Below the pieces are notes generated by a model. That model saw only the letters and a list, made by a program, of their open reading frames with translations. It ran no database searches and was not told the DNA's origin. A stretch of 63,678 nt of DNA, counting the filler, from Guillardia theta CCMP2712 (taxonomy: Eukaryota; Protista; Cryptophyta), in NCBI RefSeq assembly GCF_000315625.1. It is 4 parts of 4 records of this genome, joined end to end, with 100 filler letters (N's around TTAATTAATTAA, not from the genome) between each part and the next. Parts side by side here need not be neighbours in the genome. Positions count along the whole stretch, not along the records: positions 29,936 to 52,896 come from NW_005434486.1; positions 52,997 to 62,344 come from NW_005434242.1; positions 62,445 to 63,678 come from NW_005434531.1; 1 more part is not named here. One strand, 5' to 3'. Below, in pieces: positions 49,814 to 62,649 of this stretch (positions are counted from its first letter, which is position 1; the number at the start of each line of letters is the position of its first letter). Both the position numbers and the translations under genes were made by a program.

Positions 49814-52040
49814 GGCAGGGGCAGGGGCAGGGGCAGGAGCAGGAGCAGGAGCAGGGGGACGAGGACGAGGACGAGGGCGAGGAGAAGTGATAGTGTCGAG
49901 GTGTTTGATGCCGCCTGGCAGGTGAGTGTAGACAAGGAGGCAAGAGGACGGGAAGTATTCTTCCTCCTCCCCTACTTCGAGCTGCTCCGCTTCGCAAGTG
50001 TCTTGAGGTGACTGGACCCCCACCCCCCCAACCTCCTCCTCTCCTGGCCCCCCACCCCCCCAACCTCCTCCTCCTCCTCTCTCCTGTTCCTCTTCTCTTC
50101 TGTTCCTCTTCTCTTCTGTTCCTCTTCTCTTCTGTTCCTCTTCTCTCCTGTTCCTCTTCTCTTCTGTTCCTCTTCTCTTCTGTTCCTCTTCTCTTCTGTT
50201 CCTCTTCTCTTCTGTTCCTCTTCTCTTCTGTTCCTCTTCTCTTCTGTTCCTCTTCTCTTCTGTTCCTCTTCTCTTCTGTTCCTCTTCTCTTCTGTTCCTC
50301 TTCTCTTCTGTTCCTCTTCTCTTCTGTTCCTCTTCTCTTCTGTTCCTCTTCTCTTCTGTTCCTCTTCTCTTCTGTTCCTCTTCTCTTCTGTTCCTCTTCT
50401 CTTCTGCTCCTCCTCCTCCTCACCCCTTCCTAACAAACTTCTCTCATCGCTCTTCTCCCCTTCCCCATCATCTCCTCCTCCCGTCTGACCCGTGCACCAG
50501 CGACGCCCTGGCTATGAAAGGAGGATGTACCCTTATCTTCTGCCCTGACTACGCGATCAAACAGTTTGTAACTACGTTGCAGAAGAATTTACAAGAGAGG
50601 TGGGAAATGCTCCTCCTCCTCCTNNNNNNNNNNNNNNNNNNNNNNNNNNNNNNNNNNNNNNNNNNNNNNNNNNNNNNNNNNNNNNNNNNNNNNNNNNNNN
50701 NNNNNNNNNNNNNNNNNNNNNNNCCTCCTCCTCCTCCTCCTCCTCCTCCTCCTCCTCCTCCTCCTCCTCCTCCTCCTCCTCCTCCCTTCCTCCTCCTCCT
50801 CCTCCGTCCTCCTCCTCCTCCTCCTCCTCCTCCTCCTCCTCCTCCTCCTCCTCCTCCTCCTCCTCCTCCTCCTCCTCCTCCTCCTCCTCCTCCTCTCCTC
50901 CTCCTCCTCGTGGTGGTGGTAGTTGTGGTGGTGGTGATGATGACGATGTTGTTGTTGTTGTTGTTGTCGAGGTTATTGCTGAGGTTGAGGATTTCTGAAA
51001 CTAAGAGCTCTCTTCTCTCTTCCTCGCTCTGACATTCTTCTCTGCCACGAGCAGGAAGGACGGCAAGCTCTGTGTCAGCAAGAAGAACGAACAGCAGCAG
51101 GAGCTTGTCACAGAATACCAGAAGATAGTCCAGATCACAGCACAGGACATCATGAAAAGGCTCGACCTTCCCGTCGCTCTACTCTCCACTAGCATGCTGG
51201 CTCCGATCGTCTCTGCCAGGAAGGATGTGGGAAATCCTGTCGTTCACTCTTCTCCTACGCTCCCTGCTCCTCCCTCCACCTCTCCTCCTGCTGCTCCGAA
51301 GGTGAAGGCGGGCGGTGAAGAGGAGGGAGGGAGGAGGGAGGAGCAGCGGGAGGCCGCTGCCGTCGCCCAGGCTGCTCCGGAGGGGAGGAAGTGGGCGGAG
51401 GGAGAGGACGAGAGGATGGGGAACGCGGAGAAGGAGGTGGAGAATCGCAGGCTAGACCATACCAAAGTTGCTGACGTCATCGCCAAGTTCCGAGAGTCTT
51501 CGGAGACGCTGGAGGAAACTGACGAAGAGACGGAGAGGCCGCTGGGGGAAGACGCTGTCAGCGAGCTCCTGGTGCAGGACAGGAACTTCGATGCTGCTTC
51601 CAACAATGAGATGGAGGAGTCGGACGACGACACTAGGAGGTCGTCCATGCTGGAGGAGCAGGGGGAGGCCGGGAGGATAGACAACGTAGAGTCTCCAGCG
51701 TTGAACAGCATGACGGACTTCGATGGCATGCAGGACACGCAGGATGTATGCTCTCATGCTCTGATGGTCTGACGGCTGACTGTGCTCGCAGGGGTCGGAC
51801 AAGCGGGATGATGGGTCGAGCAAGACGATGGTGGTGGAGGATGCGGACGAGGTGGTGGAGGAGAAGGAGGAGGAGGAGGAGGGAGGAGAGGATGGAGAGG
51901 GAACAGAAAAAGACGGTCAGATCGAGCTGTTTGGACCCGACGAGAACCCGAACAGTCCGGTGCAAACCAACTTATCAAAGTCGGAGTTGCACACCAGCGA
52001 TGATGGCTTCGTTCACTCGCCAATCGAGGTTGTGAAGTGA
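43188..52040 (+). CDS. Very large alpha-helical (TPR-like) protein with ~4.9 kb first exon; possible CHAT/separase-like segment; acidic C-terminus
   Basis: 1645-codon open frame with TPR-like units (LYRQLAMVCTEHGDYERSLRYYSIVL, VSDILVEHGDFAQAEQILLAAI). Downstream exons include LFIACSALLRAIPWEIV...VMRSL and end SPIEVVK* at 52040. Confidence 0.8.
49027..49192 (+). repeat. (CTCCT)n intronic microsatellite
   Basis: Perfect pentamer array. Confidence 0.95.
50080..50410 (+). repeat. (CTCTTCTGTTCCTCTT)n 16-bp intronic minisatellite
   Basis: About 20 near-perfect units. Confidence 0.95.
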
Positions 52041-52596
52041 CGAGATGTTCTGTTTGATGAGAAGAGATGAGAAGAGAAGAGATGTGATGAGATGTGATGT
52101 GATGTGATCAGTGCGATTAGCGGTGCTCGTTGTCTTTTGTTGTCTGATCGTGCGATCATTTGAGTTTTTCAACCTTTCCTCACTTCCGTCGTCCCGCTGT
52201 TCCTCAACTCCATTCTTCTACCTACCTGGTCTTCCCTTCACTTCCTTTCTCTTCCCTTCACTTCCTTTCTCTTCCCTTCACTTCTGCATTCTTGGCATCA
52301 TTCCTCCTGTCTTTGTTCTCTTGCTCGTCTTGCCGTACAAACTTGTGGAGATCGAGATTGTTCGCCTTAGACTCTCATTGCACTTTTTTTCCATAATCCG
52401 CATTCTCACATCTTCACTTATTCTTGTGATGTTCACCCACTCGCTGACTTGATCGTCAAGGTGGGAGAAAGTACAACAGAAACTGTTGAGATGAAGAAGA
52501 TGCCGAGTGGGAGGTCGCCCATGAGGCTGAAAAGTCCAAAACCTCAGAACGAGCAAGTCAAGTGGTTCAAGGGTGAAGGAAGGCAGATCACGGTAA

Positions 52597-52645
<49 letters not shown>

Positions 52646-53105
52646 GAGCTGATGATGACGACAACAATGATGGCGAGGATGATGATGATTCACCTCCCTG
52701 TCTTATTCATCTCCTGACTATCGTCTTTGTATCAGCAATCTCTCAACAATTCAACAAGGAGAAAATTTCGAGTATTCGCCCAAGCTGACAAAGTGAAAGG
52801 ATCCGATATCAACCCAGCCCAGTGAGAATTTTCTTCCTCCTTCCCTTCCCCTCCTTCCCCTATCCCCAACACACTCCTGAACTCCCTCCCCTCTCTNNNN
52901 NNNNNNNNNNNNNNNNNNNNNNNNNNNNNNNNNNNNNNNNTTAATTAATTAANNNNNNNNNNNNNNNNNNNNNNNNNNNNNNNNNNNNNNNNNNNNTCTT
53001 TCGTCCTCTTCTCCTCCCCACTCCCCTCCCATCTTCTTCTCCTCCTGCTACTGCTGCCTCGCTCCCCCCCCACACCCCGCTACTTCCCCTCCTCCTCCTC
53101 CTCAC

Positions 53106-55002
53106 CGCACGGACTGGTCGTAGCACTCCTTCACCGTGTCCACGTAGTTCTTTCCTTCTACCGCCTCAGTCCCCACCAGGATCATCAGCCGAGTCACTTC
53201 CACCTGCATCCTTCCAGTCAACACCCCCCTCCCAGCTCCCAGCTCCCAGCCTCCAGCTCCCTCCTCCCAGCTCCCAGCTCCCCCCTCCCAGCTCCCTGCT
53301 GCTCTGCCCCTCCTCTCCCCCGCGTCTTCTCTCCGTTCTTCCCCCTTCTCCTCTCACCTTCCCCTGGTCCGCCATCGAGCAGCGGAAGTACATGTGCCAG
53401 TCCTCTGGTATCACCGTCGGGTCCCAGAACTTCGCCTGCCCCACATCTGCCGTCACTATCCCTCCATCCTTCCCTCCAGCTCTCNNNNNNNNNNNNNNNN
53501 NNNNNNNNNNNNNNNNNNNNNNNNNNNNNNNNNNNNNNNNNNNNNNNNNNNNNNNNNNNNNNNNNNNNNNNNNNNNNNNNNNNNNNNNNNNNNNNNNNNN
53601 NNNNNNNNNNNNNNNNNNNNNNNNNNNNNNNNNNNNNNNNNNNNNNNNNNNNNNNNNNNNNNNNNNNNNNNNNNNNNNNNNNNNNNNNNNNNNNNNNNNN
53701 NNNNNNNNNNNNNNNNNNNNNNNNNNNNNNNNNNNNNNNNNNNNNNNNNNNNNNNNNNNNNNNNNNNNNNNNNNNNNNNNNNNNNNNNNNNNNNNNNNNN
53801 NNNNNNNNNNNNNNNNNNNNNNNNNNNNNNNNNNNNNNNNNNNNNNNNNNNNNNNNNNNNNNNNNNNNNNNNNNNNNNNNNNNNNNNNNNNNNNNNNNNN
53901 NNNNNNNNNNNNNNNNNNNNNNNNNNNNNNNNNNNNNNNNNNNNNNNNNNNNNNNNNNNNNNNNNNNNNNNNNNNNNNNNNNNNNNNNNNNNNNNNNNNN
54001 NNNNNNNNNNNNNNNNNNNNNNNNNNNNNNNNNNNNNNNNNNNNNNNNNNNNNNNNNNNNNNNNNNNNNNNNNNNNNNNNNNNNNNNNNNNNNNNNNNNN
54101 NNNNNNNNNNNNNNNNNNNNNNNNNNNNNNNNNNNNNNNNNNNNNNNNNNNNNNNNNNNNNNNNNNNNNNNNNNNNNNNNNNNNNNNNNNNNNNNNNNNN
54201 NNNNNNNNNNNNNNNNNNNNNNNNNNNNNNNNNNNNNNNNNNNNNNNNNNNNNNNNAGCTTGCCGATGGGCTCCTTGTAGCTGGGTATCATGACCGCATG
54301 CCACACCTGCCAAGCACGTCTCAGCGCTCCCTCCACCGCCTGCCTCCTGCCTCTTCTCCTGCTCCTGCTTCCCGTTCTCGTCCTTTGCTATGCACCAATC
54401 TCCTTCCTATCGCGCGCAGTCCCGCGTTTCCATCTCGTCTCACGGCCTTGCCTGCCCCTCCTTCCCCCCNNNNNNNNNNNNNNNNNNNNNNNNNNNNNNN
54501 NNNNNNNNNNNNNNNNNNNNNNNNNNNNNNNNNNNNNNNNNNNNNNNNNNNNNNNNNNNNNNNNNNNNNNNNNNNNNNNNNNNNNNNNNNNNNNNNNNNN
54601 NNNNNNNNNNNNNNNNNNNNNNNNNNNNNNNNNNNNNNNNNNNNNNNNNNNNNNNNNNNNNNNNNNNNNNNNNNNNNNGGCGATGTCGGGGCGCTGGATG
54701 AGCAGCCACGTGTGCCCAAAGTAGAGGAAGAAGGCCAGGAACGCGTACGTGTGGATCGCCGGCAGCCTCGCCAGGATCGAGTACGCGAGCTGCTCCTGCC
54801 CGCAGCACACGGGCTCCTCCTCCTCCCTGTACCCGTCGTTGACCAGCCCCGACGCTTTGCCTCGCTCCACAGACTCGCGGAGGCTGATCCCCGGAGCAGG
54901 CGACTCGGCAGCTCGGTTGATGATGTCAGGAGCAGTGACGGAGACGATGCTTGCTCCCCCCAGGAGGGGCGTGCGCTCCGAGACCGCACCCTTACTCTCC
55001 AT
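53106..55002 (-). CDS. GT2-family glycosyltransferase, second (gapped/partial) tandem copy
   Basis: MESKGAVSERTPLLGG... start, VWHAVMIPSYKEPIGK, FWDPTVIPEDWHMYFRC, VDTVKECYDQSVR. Exons are nearly identical to 55826-58753. Confidence 0.75.
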
Positions 55003-55825
55003 GGCGGGATAACTGTTTAGACAAGGAGGGGAGATTCCTGTTGTTTCTGAGTCAGCGATGGTGACAAATTTGTTGGAGAGTTTGTTGATGTTCGCTGGTT
55101 GTGTTGTTTGTGATGTGGTTAGTTTTGTTCCAGTTTGGTGTGTTGTTTTGCTAGCATTTGACTTCATGGTATATCCCTCTCTTCTTTCAACTGTCTGAGG
55201 ATGTCTTGTTGTTTTGTTTGTATGCCAACATGAGACATGTTTCTTCAAAGTTTGTTCAGTTTTTGTGTGCAGGGCACTGGTGTGAATATTGCAAGTTTGT
55301 TGTTGTTTGTATCAGAGATCGGCAAAGATCTTGTTCAACTGCCTTCGGTATGACAAACAAACACGGACATGTGCTGTGTCATCATCATTGCTCAGCGCGT
55401 GTGTTGTGTGTGACCCCCATCCTCTTTGTGTGTCACAATCTTCAACATTGCAAGTGTGGACAACGTTGTTGTTTTGTGTTTGTTTGTCGGTGGCACTTGT
55501 TGTGACTTGTCTTGTGTCATAGCACGTCATCTTGTGTGTCTCCTTTCATGTGACACTTGTGTTGTGTTATGTATGATGTGTCTGTCTCAAGACAGGAGGT
55601 GCTCATCGAGCGGCCCCCGCCCCCGACTCGCTCGACAGCACCTGTTCCTCCTACTGACAAGATGTGAGATCTAATGACACAAGCAACGACAACAGCGACA
55701 GCAAGCTCCGACTGTCGTCAACATCATAGGCTTCAGCTTGTTCTCCTCAGCCAGCCGCGGCTTTGATCTGCTTGCACGCTCGGCTGGTCTTGCGTCGGCT
55801 GACTGGAGCAAGGAGAGGAGTTGCT

Positions 55826-58753
55826 CTAAACTTGACGGTCCTTCTCCTGCACCTCACCAGGAAGACGATCGCCCTGCCTTCATGTGTCAGGGGCTGCCCA
55901 CCACGACATGCTGCCAGGGCTCGCACCTGCTTCGCGCTCGGCACGTAGTTGAAGTTGGACGAGATAAACATCTTCGTGTGCGCGTGTACCTGCACAGCCC
56001 CGCTCACTCTCCTTCCTCCTTCCTCGCTTCAGCTCTCTTCCGGACTACCTTGCCCCTGCACCTCTTCCTCCATTGAGCTCTCTTTCCCTCCCCCTCCTGT
56101 ATCTCCCATCTTCCCTCCCTCCCTCCTCCCCCTTCCTCACCGTCGGCACGATGAACAGAAAGATGTCGGCGAAGGGGAACATGATCAAAGACGCCCAGCG
56201 GGGAGGGCCGTTCGCCCAGAAGCCCTCGGTCACGTTGTAGTGGCTCCTGTTCTTGAGGATCTCGTTGCGCAGTCGATGGTCCATGTAGCAGAGGAACATG
56301 AAATGAAGACTGACGTGGAAGAGCCAGAGCCAGGACAGGATGACCTGACCAACTCGTCATCCTCCTCGAACCCTCCTCATTGCCAGCCCCTCCATCTCCT
56401 GACTCGTTCTGTCTCAATCCTCATCCTCACCTGGAGCGCGACGATCATCTCAGCTCCTGTCCACATGTCGAGGTCCAGCATGACCTGTTCTCTCCCCGTC
56501 AGTCCTGCACTTCTGCGATCGACACTAGAGGCAGCTTACCGGGATCTTCCCGTACAGGAATGGAGAGGCCATGATGCTGATCACGAGTGCAACGGTGAGG
56601 AGGTGATGGTCGTATGCGCACAGCAGCAGGCTCAGTCTCTTGTGCAGGGGAACATCCCAGCGGCTGGACGACTGGACCATGAGATAGCCGACGTCCGTTG
56701 CTCCCCACTGCCACCTGCACCCTCCTCGATCAGCTCCTCTTCCCTCTCTTCACCTTTCCCTTGCTTCCCTTCTCCCCTCCACCATCCTTCCCTCCTCTAG
56801 AGTTCCATCCCTTGATCCCCTCTGTCTTCTTCTCCCTCCTCCTCCATCTTCTTCTCCCTCCTGCTACTGTTGCTGCTCCCCTTCCCCTCCTCATCCTCCT
56901 CCTCCTCCTCACCGCACGGACTGGTCGTAGCACTCCTTCACCGTGTCCACGTAGTTCTTTCCTTCTACCGCCTCAGTCCCCACCAGGATCATCAGCCGAG
57001 TCACTTCCACCTGCATCAGCCGAGTCACTTCCACCCGCGTCTTCTCTCCCTTCTTCCCCCTTCTCCTCTCACCTTCCCCTGGTCCGCCATCGAGCAGCGG
57101 AAGTACATGTGCCAGTCCTCTGGTATCACCGTCGGGTCCCAGAACTTCGCCTGCCCCACATCTGCCGTCACCCTCCATCTTCCCTTCCCTCCAGCTCTCC
57201 GCCAGCATCGTGCTGACCTGCTTCGCCAGCGGCAGCGACAGCGAGTAGATGGCGATGGGGAACGGATTCGTCACAGGGCTCGCCATCTCAGCCATCCTTG
57301 CAATGCTCAATGCAGTGTATCGGGTGCCGCAGATGGCCGGGACTTGAAGCACGTTGGGCATCCAGTTGGTCACCGCCTGGTAGATACGATGGTACCTTCC
57401 ACTGCCGTNNNNNNNNNNNNNNNNNNNNNNNNNNNNNNNNNNNNNNNNNNNNNNNNNNNNNNNNNNNNNNNNNNNNNNNNNNNNNNNNNNNNNNNNNNNN
57501 NNNNNNNNNNNNNNNNNNNNNNNNNNNNNNNNNNNNNNNNNNNNNNNNNNNNNNNNNNNNNNNNNNNNNNNNNNNNNNNNNNNNNNNNNNNNNNNNNNNN
57601 NNNNNNNNNNNNNNNNNNNNNNNNNNNNNNNNNNNNGTTGGACGACTTGCCTGGTGTCTGACCCATGCAAGTCACTTCCCTCCCGCCCTCCTCTCCTTCC
57701 TTCCTAGTTTCCTCCGCCCTCCTCTCTCCACCTTCCCTCCCCTCCCCTCTGCTTGAGCCCCTCTCCTCTGCTTGAAACCCTCCCTNNNNNNNNNNNNNNN
57801 NNNNNNNNNNNNNNNNNNNNNNNNNNNNNNNNNNNNNNNNNNNNNNNNNNNNNNNNNNNNNNNNNNNNNNNNNNNNNNNNNNNNNCCTGCAGCGTCTCCG
57901 CTACCAGCACCGCGTTGGGGTCTCGCTCCTCCATCGCCATGCACAGCACGATCTGCTTGGCGATCGACTGCTCGGCGATGGTGTCGATCGTCTGCCTGAG
58001 CTTGCCGATGGGCTNNNNNNNNNNNNNNNNNNNNNNNNNNNNNNNNNNNNNNNNNNNNNNNNNNNNNNNNNNNNNNNNNNNNNNNNNNNNNNNNNNNNNN
58101 NNNNNNNNNNNNNNTGCTTCCCCGTTCTCGTCCTTCGCTATGCACCCATCTCCTTCCTATCGCGTGCAGTCCCGCGTTTCCATCTCGTCTCACGGCCTTG
58201 CCTGCCCCTCCTTTCCCCCCCTCCCGGTCCCCCTTCCTTCTCCCTCCCGTCCCTGCTCTCCCCTCACCGAGTAGGAGTCCGGAGCTCCCACGGGCCTCGT
58301 CTGGCTCTGCCAGTAGTTGGGTTCCCTGTTGTCATGCTTCCGCAGCAGCGACAGCCCGTAGAACGCCGAGAACCACATGATCCAGAACCGCGTCATGGCG
58401 TAGACAAGGAAGATACCAATGATCGCTACAGCTATGTCGGGGCGCTGGATGAGCAGCCACGTGTGCCCGAAGTAGAGGAAGAAGGCCAGGAACGCGTACG
58501 TGTGGATCGCCGGCAGCCTCGCCAGGATCGAGTACGCGAGCTGCTCCTGCCCGCAGCACACGGGCTCCTCCTCCTCCCTGTACCCGTCGTTGACCAGCCC
58601 CGACGCTTTGCCTCGCTCCACAGACTCGCGGAGGCTGATCCCCGGAGCAGGCGACTCGGCAGCTCGGTTGATGATGTCAGGAGCAGTGACGGAGACGATG
58701 CTTGCTCCCCCCAGGAGGGGCGTGCGCTCCGAGACCGCACCCTTGCTCTCCAT
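55826..58753 (-). CDS. Membrane-bound processive GT2-family glycosyltransferase (ED + QxxRW motifs), multi-exon, gapped; 3' end approximate
   Basis: Two N-terminal TM helices, PIGKLRQTIDTIAEQ...AMEERD, YSLSLPLAKQ/AKFWDPTVIPEDWHMYFRC, QSVR/WQWGATDVGY, C-terminal TM segments. Confidence 0.85.
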
Positions 58754-59544
58754 TCAGGGAAAGGAAATAGAGCTCGGCAACTACGCTCAAGTCAGGGACA
58801 ATCGCTAGAGCAGGGCAGTAGGGTCTGGAATCGAGCGATGGGATGATGCTACACTAGATAATGCTCGTTTTTTTCGATTCTTTCGAACACGAAGCTCTTG
58901 CAATCTTGCCAGGTTGTCAAATCAAGGACAAGACTCCCTTTCGCTCATCATCTTCTTACATGTTCCATGGAACATTTAGTTTGAGCTAGGCATCCTTCTT
59001 ATCAACTCTCAGGCTTTCTTCAATCGCCTGCCTTTCTGTCCTTGCAACCCCAACATTGCTATCTCTGTGCCTGTTCGTCACTTTCTTCGCTATGCCTTTT
59101 TCTGTGCATTCGTATTTCTACATCTACACCTTTCCCAACTCACCATCCTTGCTGTCTGCAATCAAGCTTGAAACGCACAAAACACATACATCGCCCCGAC
59201 CCACTGTTCTCAGCATATTCGCAGTTTTGCTCTGGAAACCAAGATTTTTGCATTGATGATTCCCTGCCTCCCTTTGTGTAATCATCCGATCACGCCATCT
59301 TCATAGGCGGAAACAAAGCCCCTAATCCCTCCTGCCTGACTCAAAATTTCCTCAACTCGCTACCTCATAAATATTCTTGCAATTTTGACCTTCAACCTGA
59401 TCTCGCATTCGTCCTCCATTCCTGTATCTGTTCCCTTTGCTTCTCTTTCCCTTCCTCTTCCTCCTCTTCCGCTCCTGCATGGCTTCTGAGTGAACAGGCT
59501 GATTCCAAGAGCATTGCTTGTGAAAAATTCGATGAAGAGGCAGA

Positions 59545-60870
59545 CCACCCCACCCCCTATTTTCAGTGACTTACTCCACCCCCCTCCACAATGTACCCCT
59601 GAAATTGTATCTTTGGACGGGGTCCTTGCCCAATGTGCTGAAGCACAGGAACAACCTCCACCCGGTATTTCGAAGGAACATGACGACCCCCCAAACTTGT
59701 TCTACCCACCCTCCATTTTTGTTCACCCCACCCCCCGATGTACCAGCCCAAGAGGCAAAATTTATTTGTGTACCCCTGTTTCCATACCAGATCTACCCCC
59801 ACCTCTTCCTTGGACCCCCTTTTTGCCGCTTCACTGCCTAGGTCACTACCCCAATCTTTCACCATTGTGTGATGGCAATGACTACCCCTGAAATCTATTG
59901 AGCACTACCCGGTCTGTATCCTTACCACCCACCATAATCCTAACTTTATCACCCTCCCTCTTCCCCTCTTCCGTTCCACCGGCACACACTAACATTGGCA
60001 TCACTGAGTTCGAGTCCGACCCGGTGACCGGCGGCCCGGCGCTCCGAGTCCGACGGTCGCCGGGACGGTCTGGCCGCTGAGTCGACTTCTGTACGGTCTC
60101 AGTGGCGGCATCAAGATCAACGGGGAGATCGTTCCCATCGGCCGTGACAGAGTCGGAGAGTCACCTCGGAGCTCGTCGGAGCGCGAACTGGCCCGGGCCG
60201 GCCGGGCGGCCGCGCCAGCCGGCGCTGTCACTGTGGCACTGGACTGTCTCGGAGCCTCCGAGGGCAGCCCGCATACGGTTAGTACCGTACGGCGGCGGAC
60301 CGTCCGACGATGATGCACGGCTGGCCCGGTGTGGTGGGGCCCGGGGGGGCTCCTGGATCGGATCGGACGGTCGGACCCGGCGGCGTGCCCGGACTGCTCG
60401 GAGCGGCGGGCCAGCCTCTGTCGGCACTGTCACACTGAGTACGGAGTACGGTGTGTGACTGTCGGCAAAGAAAACCGTTCGGTTGAACACTTTTACTCAA
60501 AGTTAAGTTAAAAATCAGTACGAGGACAATCAGGAGAGGCGAGGAGGCTTGACCCTCAAAGCCCCTTCCGGCGGCCCATGACTCATCCGATGTGACAGTC
60601 ACCTGATCAGGCTGAGGCTTGGTGACCGGCCCATTCCGGGGGCAACGCGAACTTCGGAATCAACGTGACCGTCTCAGCCGAACGAATCATCGAGTCCCGG
60701 GCAAGTTGATGGCAAGTTTGATGGTAGAAGTTGACTGCACCCTCGGAAGCCCGAGCCGCTGAGCCGCCTTGTCACACTGACGTGACAGTGGCAATGTCGC
60801 AGGTCCGGCCGCACCTCAGTCGGCAGTCACGGTCGCCGGCAGCCCTGGCATCATCATTCAGTGGCATCGC
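59545..60870. repeat. Composite intergenic block: TACCCC-rich tract, GC-rich CCGG tract, TTTTACTCAAAGTTAAGT motif, second GC-rich tract
   Basis: Same components recur near 9.4-10.2, 17.3, 19.2-20.3, 22.2-22.5, 26.6-27.5 and 42.4 kb. Confidence 0.5.
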
Positions 60871-62649
60871 CTAGTACCGTCAGCCTTCTCCTGCCAGGCG
60901 TCCCCCGCTCAGGCTGATCTCATTGATCGGACTCCTTCCCTTCTCTTTCCTTCCCTTTCCTTCCCTTTTCTTCCCTTCCCTTCCCTTCCCTTCCCTTCCC
61001 TTCCCTTCCCTTCCCTTCCCTTCCCAGTGAGCACTGAAATGGCCCAACTTCAGAACGTGCAGCAGCTCTAGTCGAGCCACCACACATTCTTTGTTCAAAG
61101 TCCAAGTCAATAGCGACACTCCTGCGTTTTCACAGCTGCCTTCAACATGCATCCGGCAACAAGAACTTCACTTCCTCTGACGCACCTGGGCTGCTTTTTC
61201 AGTCGCACTAGAAGCTGATCAAAAAGTGGTCGTCAGTCGCCCAGCAAAGGAGAGCTTTCAGCGTAGCAGAAGCTAAGTTTCAGAGTTGCCCATGAACTTT
61301 GCCTTTAATTTTCAACGCAGCAGCTCAATATTGCTTTCAACCAGCCATCGCCATACTATCAAAGAGCATCTCGAATGTTTCAACGCATCTATTACATGAT
61401 CCATGAAAACTTGCTTCCAATCGGATGAAGCACATACCTTCCCCTCCCCTCCAGCCATTGCAACGTGCTCCCTGGAAGGAACGCCACTTCATACCCCGAC
61501 ACGCCATACAGAATACATCGGTGACAGGGGTATTGTCGCTGCAGAACAATCAGAAGAGAACGATTTATCCCATAGAAACATTCAGACCTTCATCAGTGTC
61601 TCCTAAACAGCCAACAGCACACCACGCGGCTTGAAAGCTCCTTGCTCCTGATATTTGTTGTGTTATAGCGAGGCGTGCTGAACGCTAGCCCAGGATGCGA
61701 GCTCTGACCACGAGATTGAAGAAGCGAAGAGCTATAAACTCATTACATCCCGCCACCTCCAGTCAGCCAACTGCTCATTTGGTTTGGAGACAGGTCAGAA
61801 CTCTGAAGAGCTCAGCAATCTTAAACTTGTCAAGTCACATGCTAAAAGGCTGGGAGCGGACGCTGTGAAGAAAGGCAATAACGGCAACCAAGACCAAGCA
61901 TGTCCAGCAAGAATCACATTCACAGGCGCGCACCTGGGGACTCAGGGAGGGAGGGAGGGAGGGAGGGAGGGAGGGAGGGAGGGAGGGATGGGACCGGCGG
62001 GTTTCAAGGAGGGAGGGAGGGTACGGAATGTGAATTGTTTTTAAAAGGGTATTCATTCACCGACCCCCAATTTTCCGCTCGATGACAGGGGTGATTAAAA
62101 AATCTTCTTTTTTTTATTCATTTCTTTTTATATTTTTTTATCCAGTCGCAATCCACGTGACACCTCAAACACAGTTAATATTATTTTTAATTAATTGAAA
62201 AGAGGCTTTATGAGGTATAGTTTTAGCTGAAACGATGCTTCTCAACGACGGTTTCCGAGGGGGTAGGGTTCTTTGTGGTTGCTCTGAACAATGATCACGT
62301 AAAGCCAAACTTACTACGGGTCTATTTCATATAGAAAATGACCCNNNNNNNNNNNNNNNNNNNNNNNNNNNNNNNNNNNNNNNNNNNNTTAATTAATTAA
62401 NNNNNNNNNNNNNNNNNNNNNNNNNNNNNNNNNNNNNNNNNNNNACCGGCTGGTGGAGTCGAAGCAGCAGTGAGACGAGCAGCAACGGAAGGAGGAGGAG
62501 GAGGAGGAGGAGGTGGTGGTGGTGGTGGTGGTGGAGGAGGAGGAGGAGGTAGTGGTGGTGGTGGTGGAGGAGCAGGTGGTGGCGGTGGTGGAGGTGGAGG
62601 AAGAGGAGAAGAACGATTTATGGAGGAAGGGAGGAACAGGTGCGCTGAC

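Noticed and set aside
58850-59540. Possible decayed retroelement
   Set aside because: Multiple stops and no recognisable RT/endonuclease motif; cannot be supported.
61030-61940. Possible small minus-strand gene with signal-peptide-like exon
   Set aside because: Could not build a consistent spliced frame or recognise a domain.
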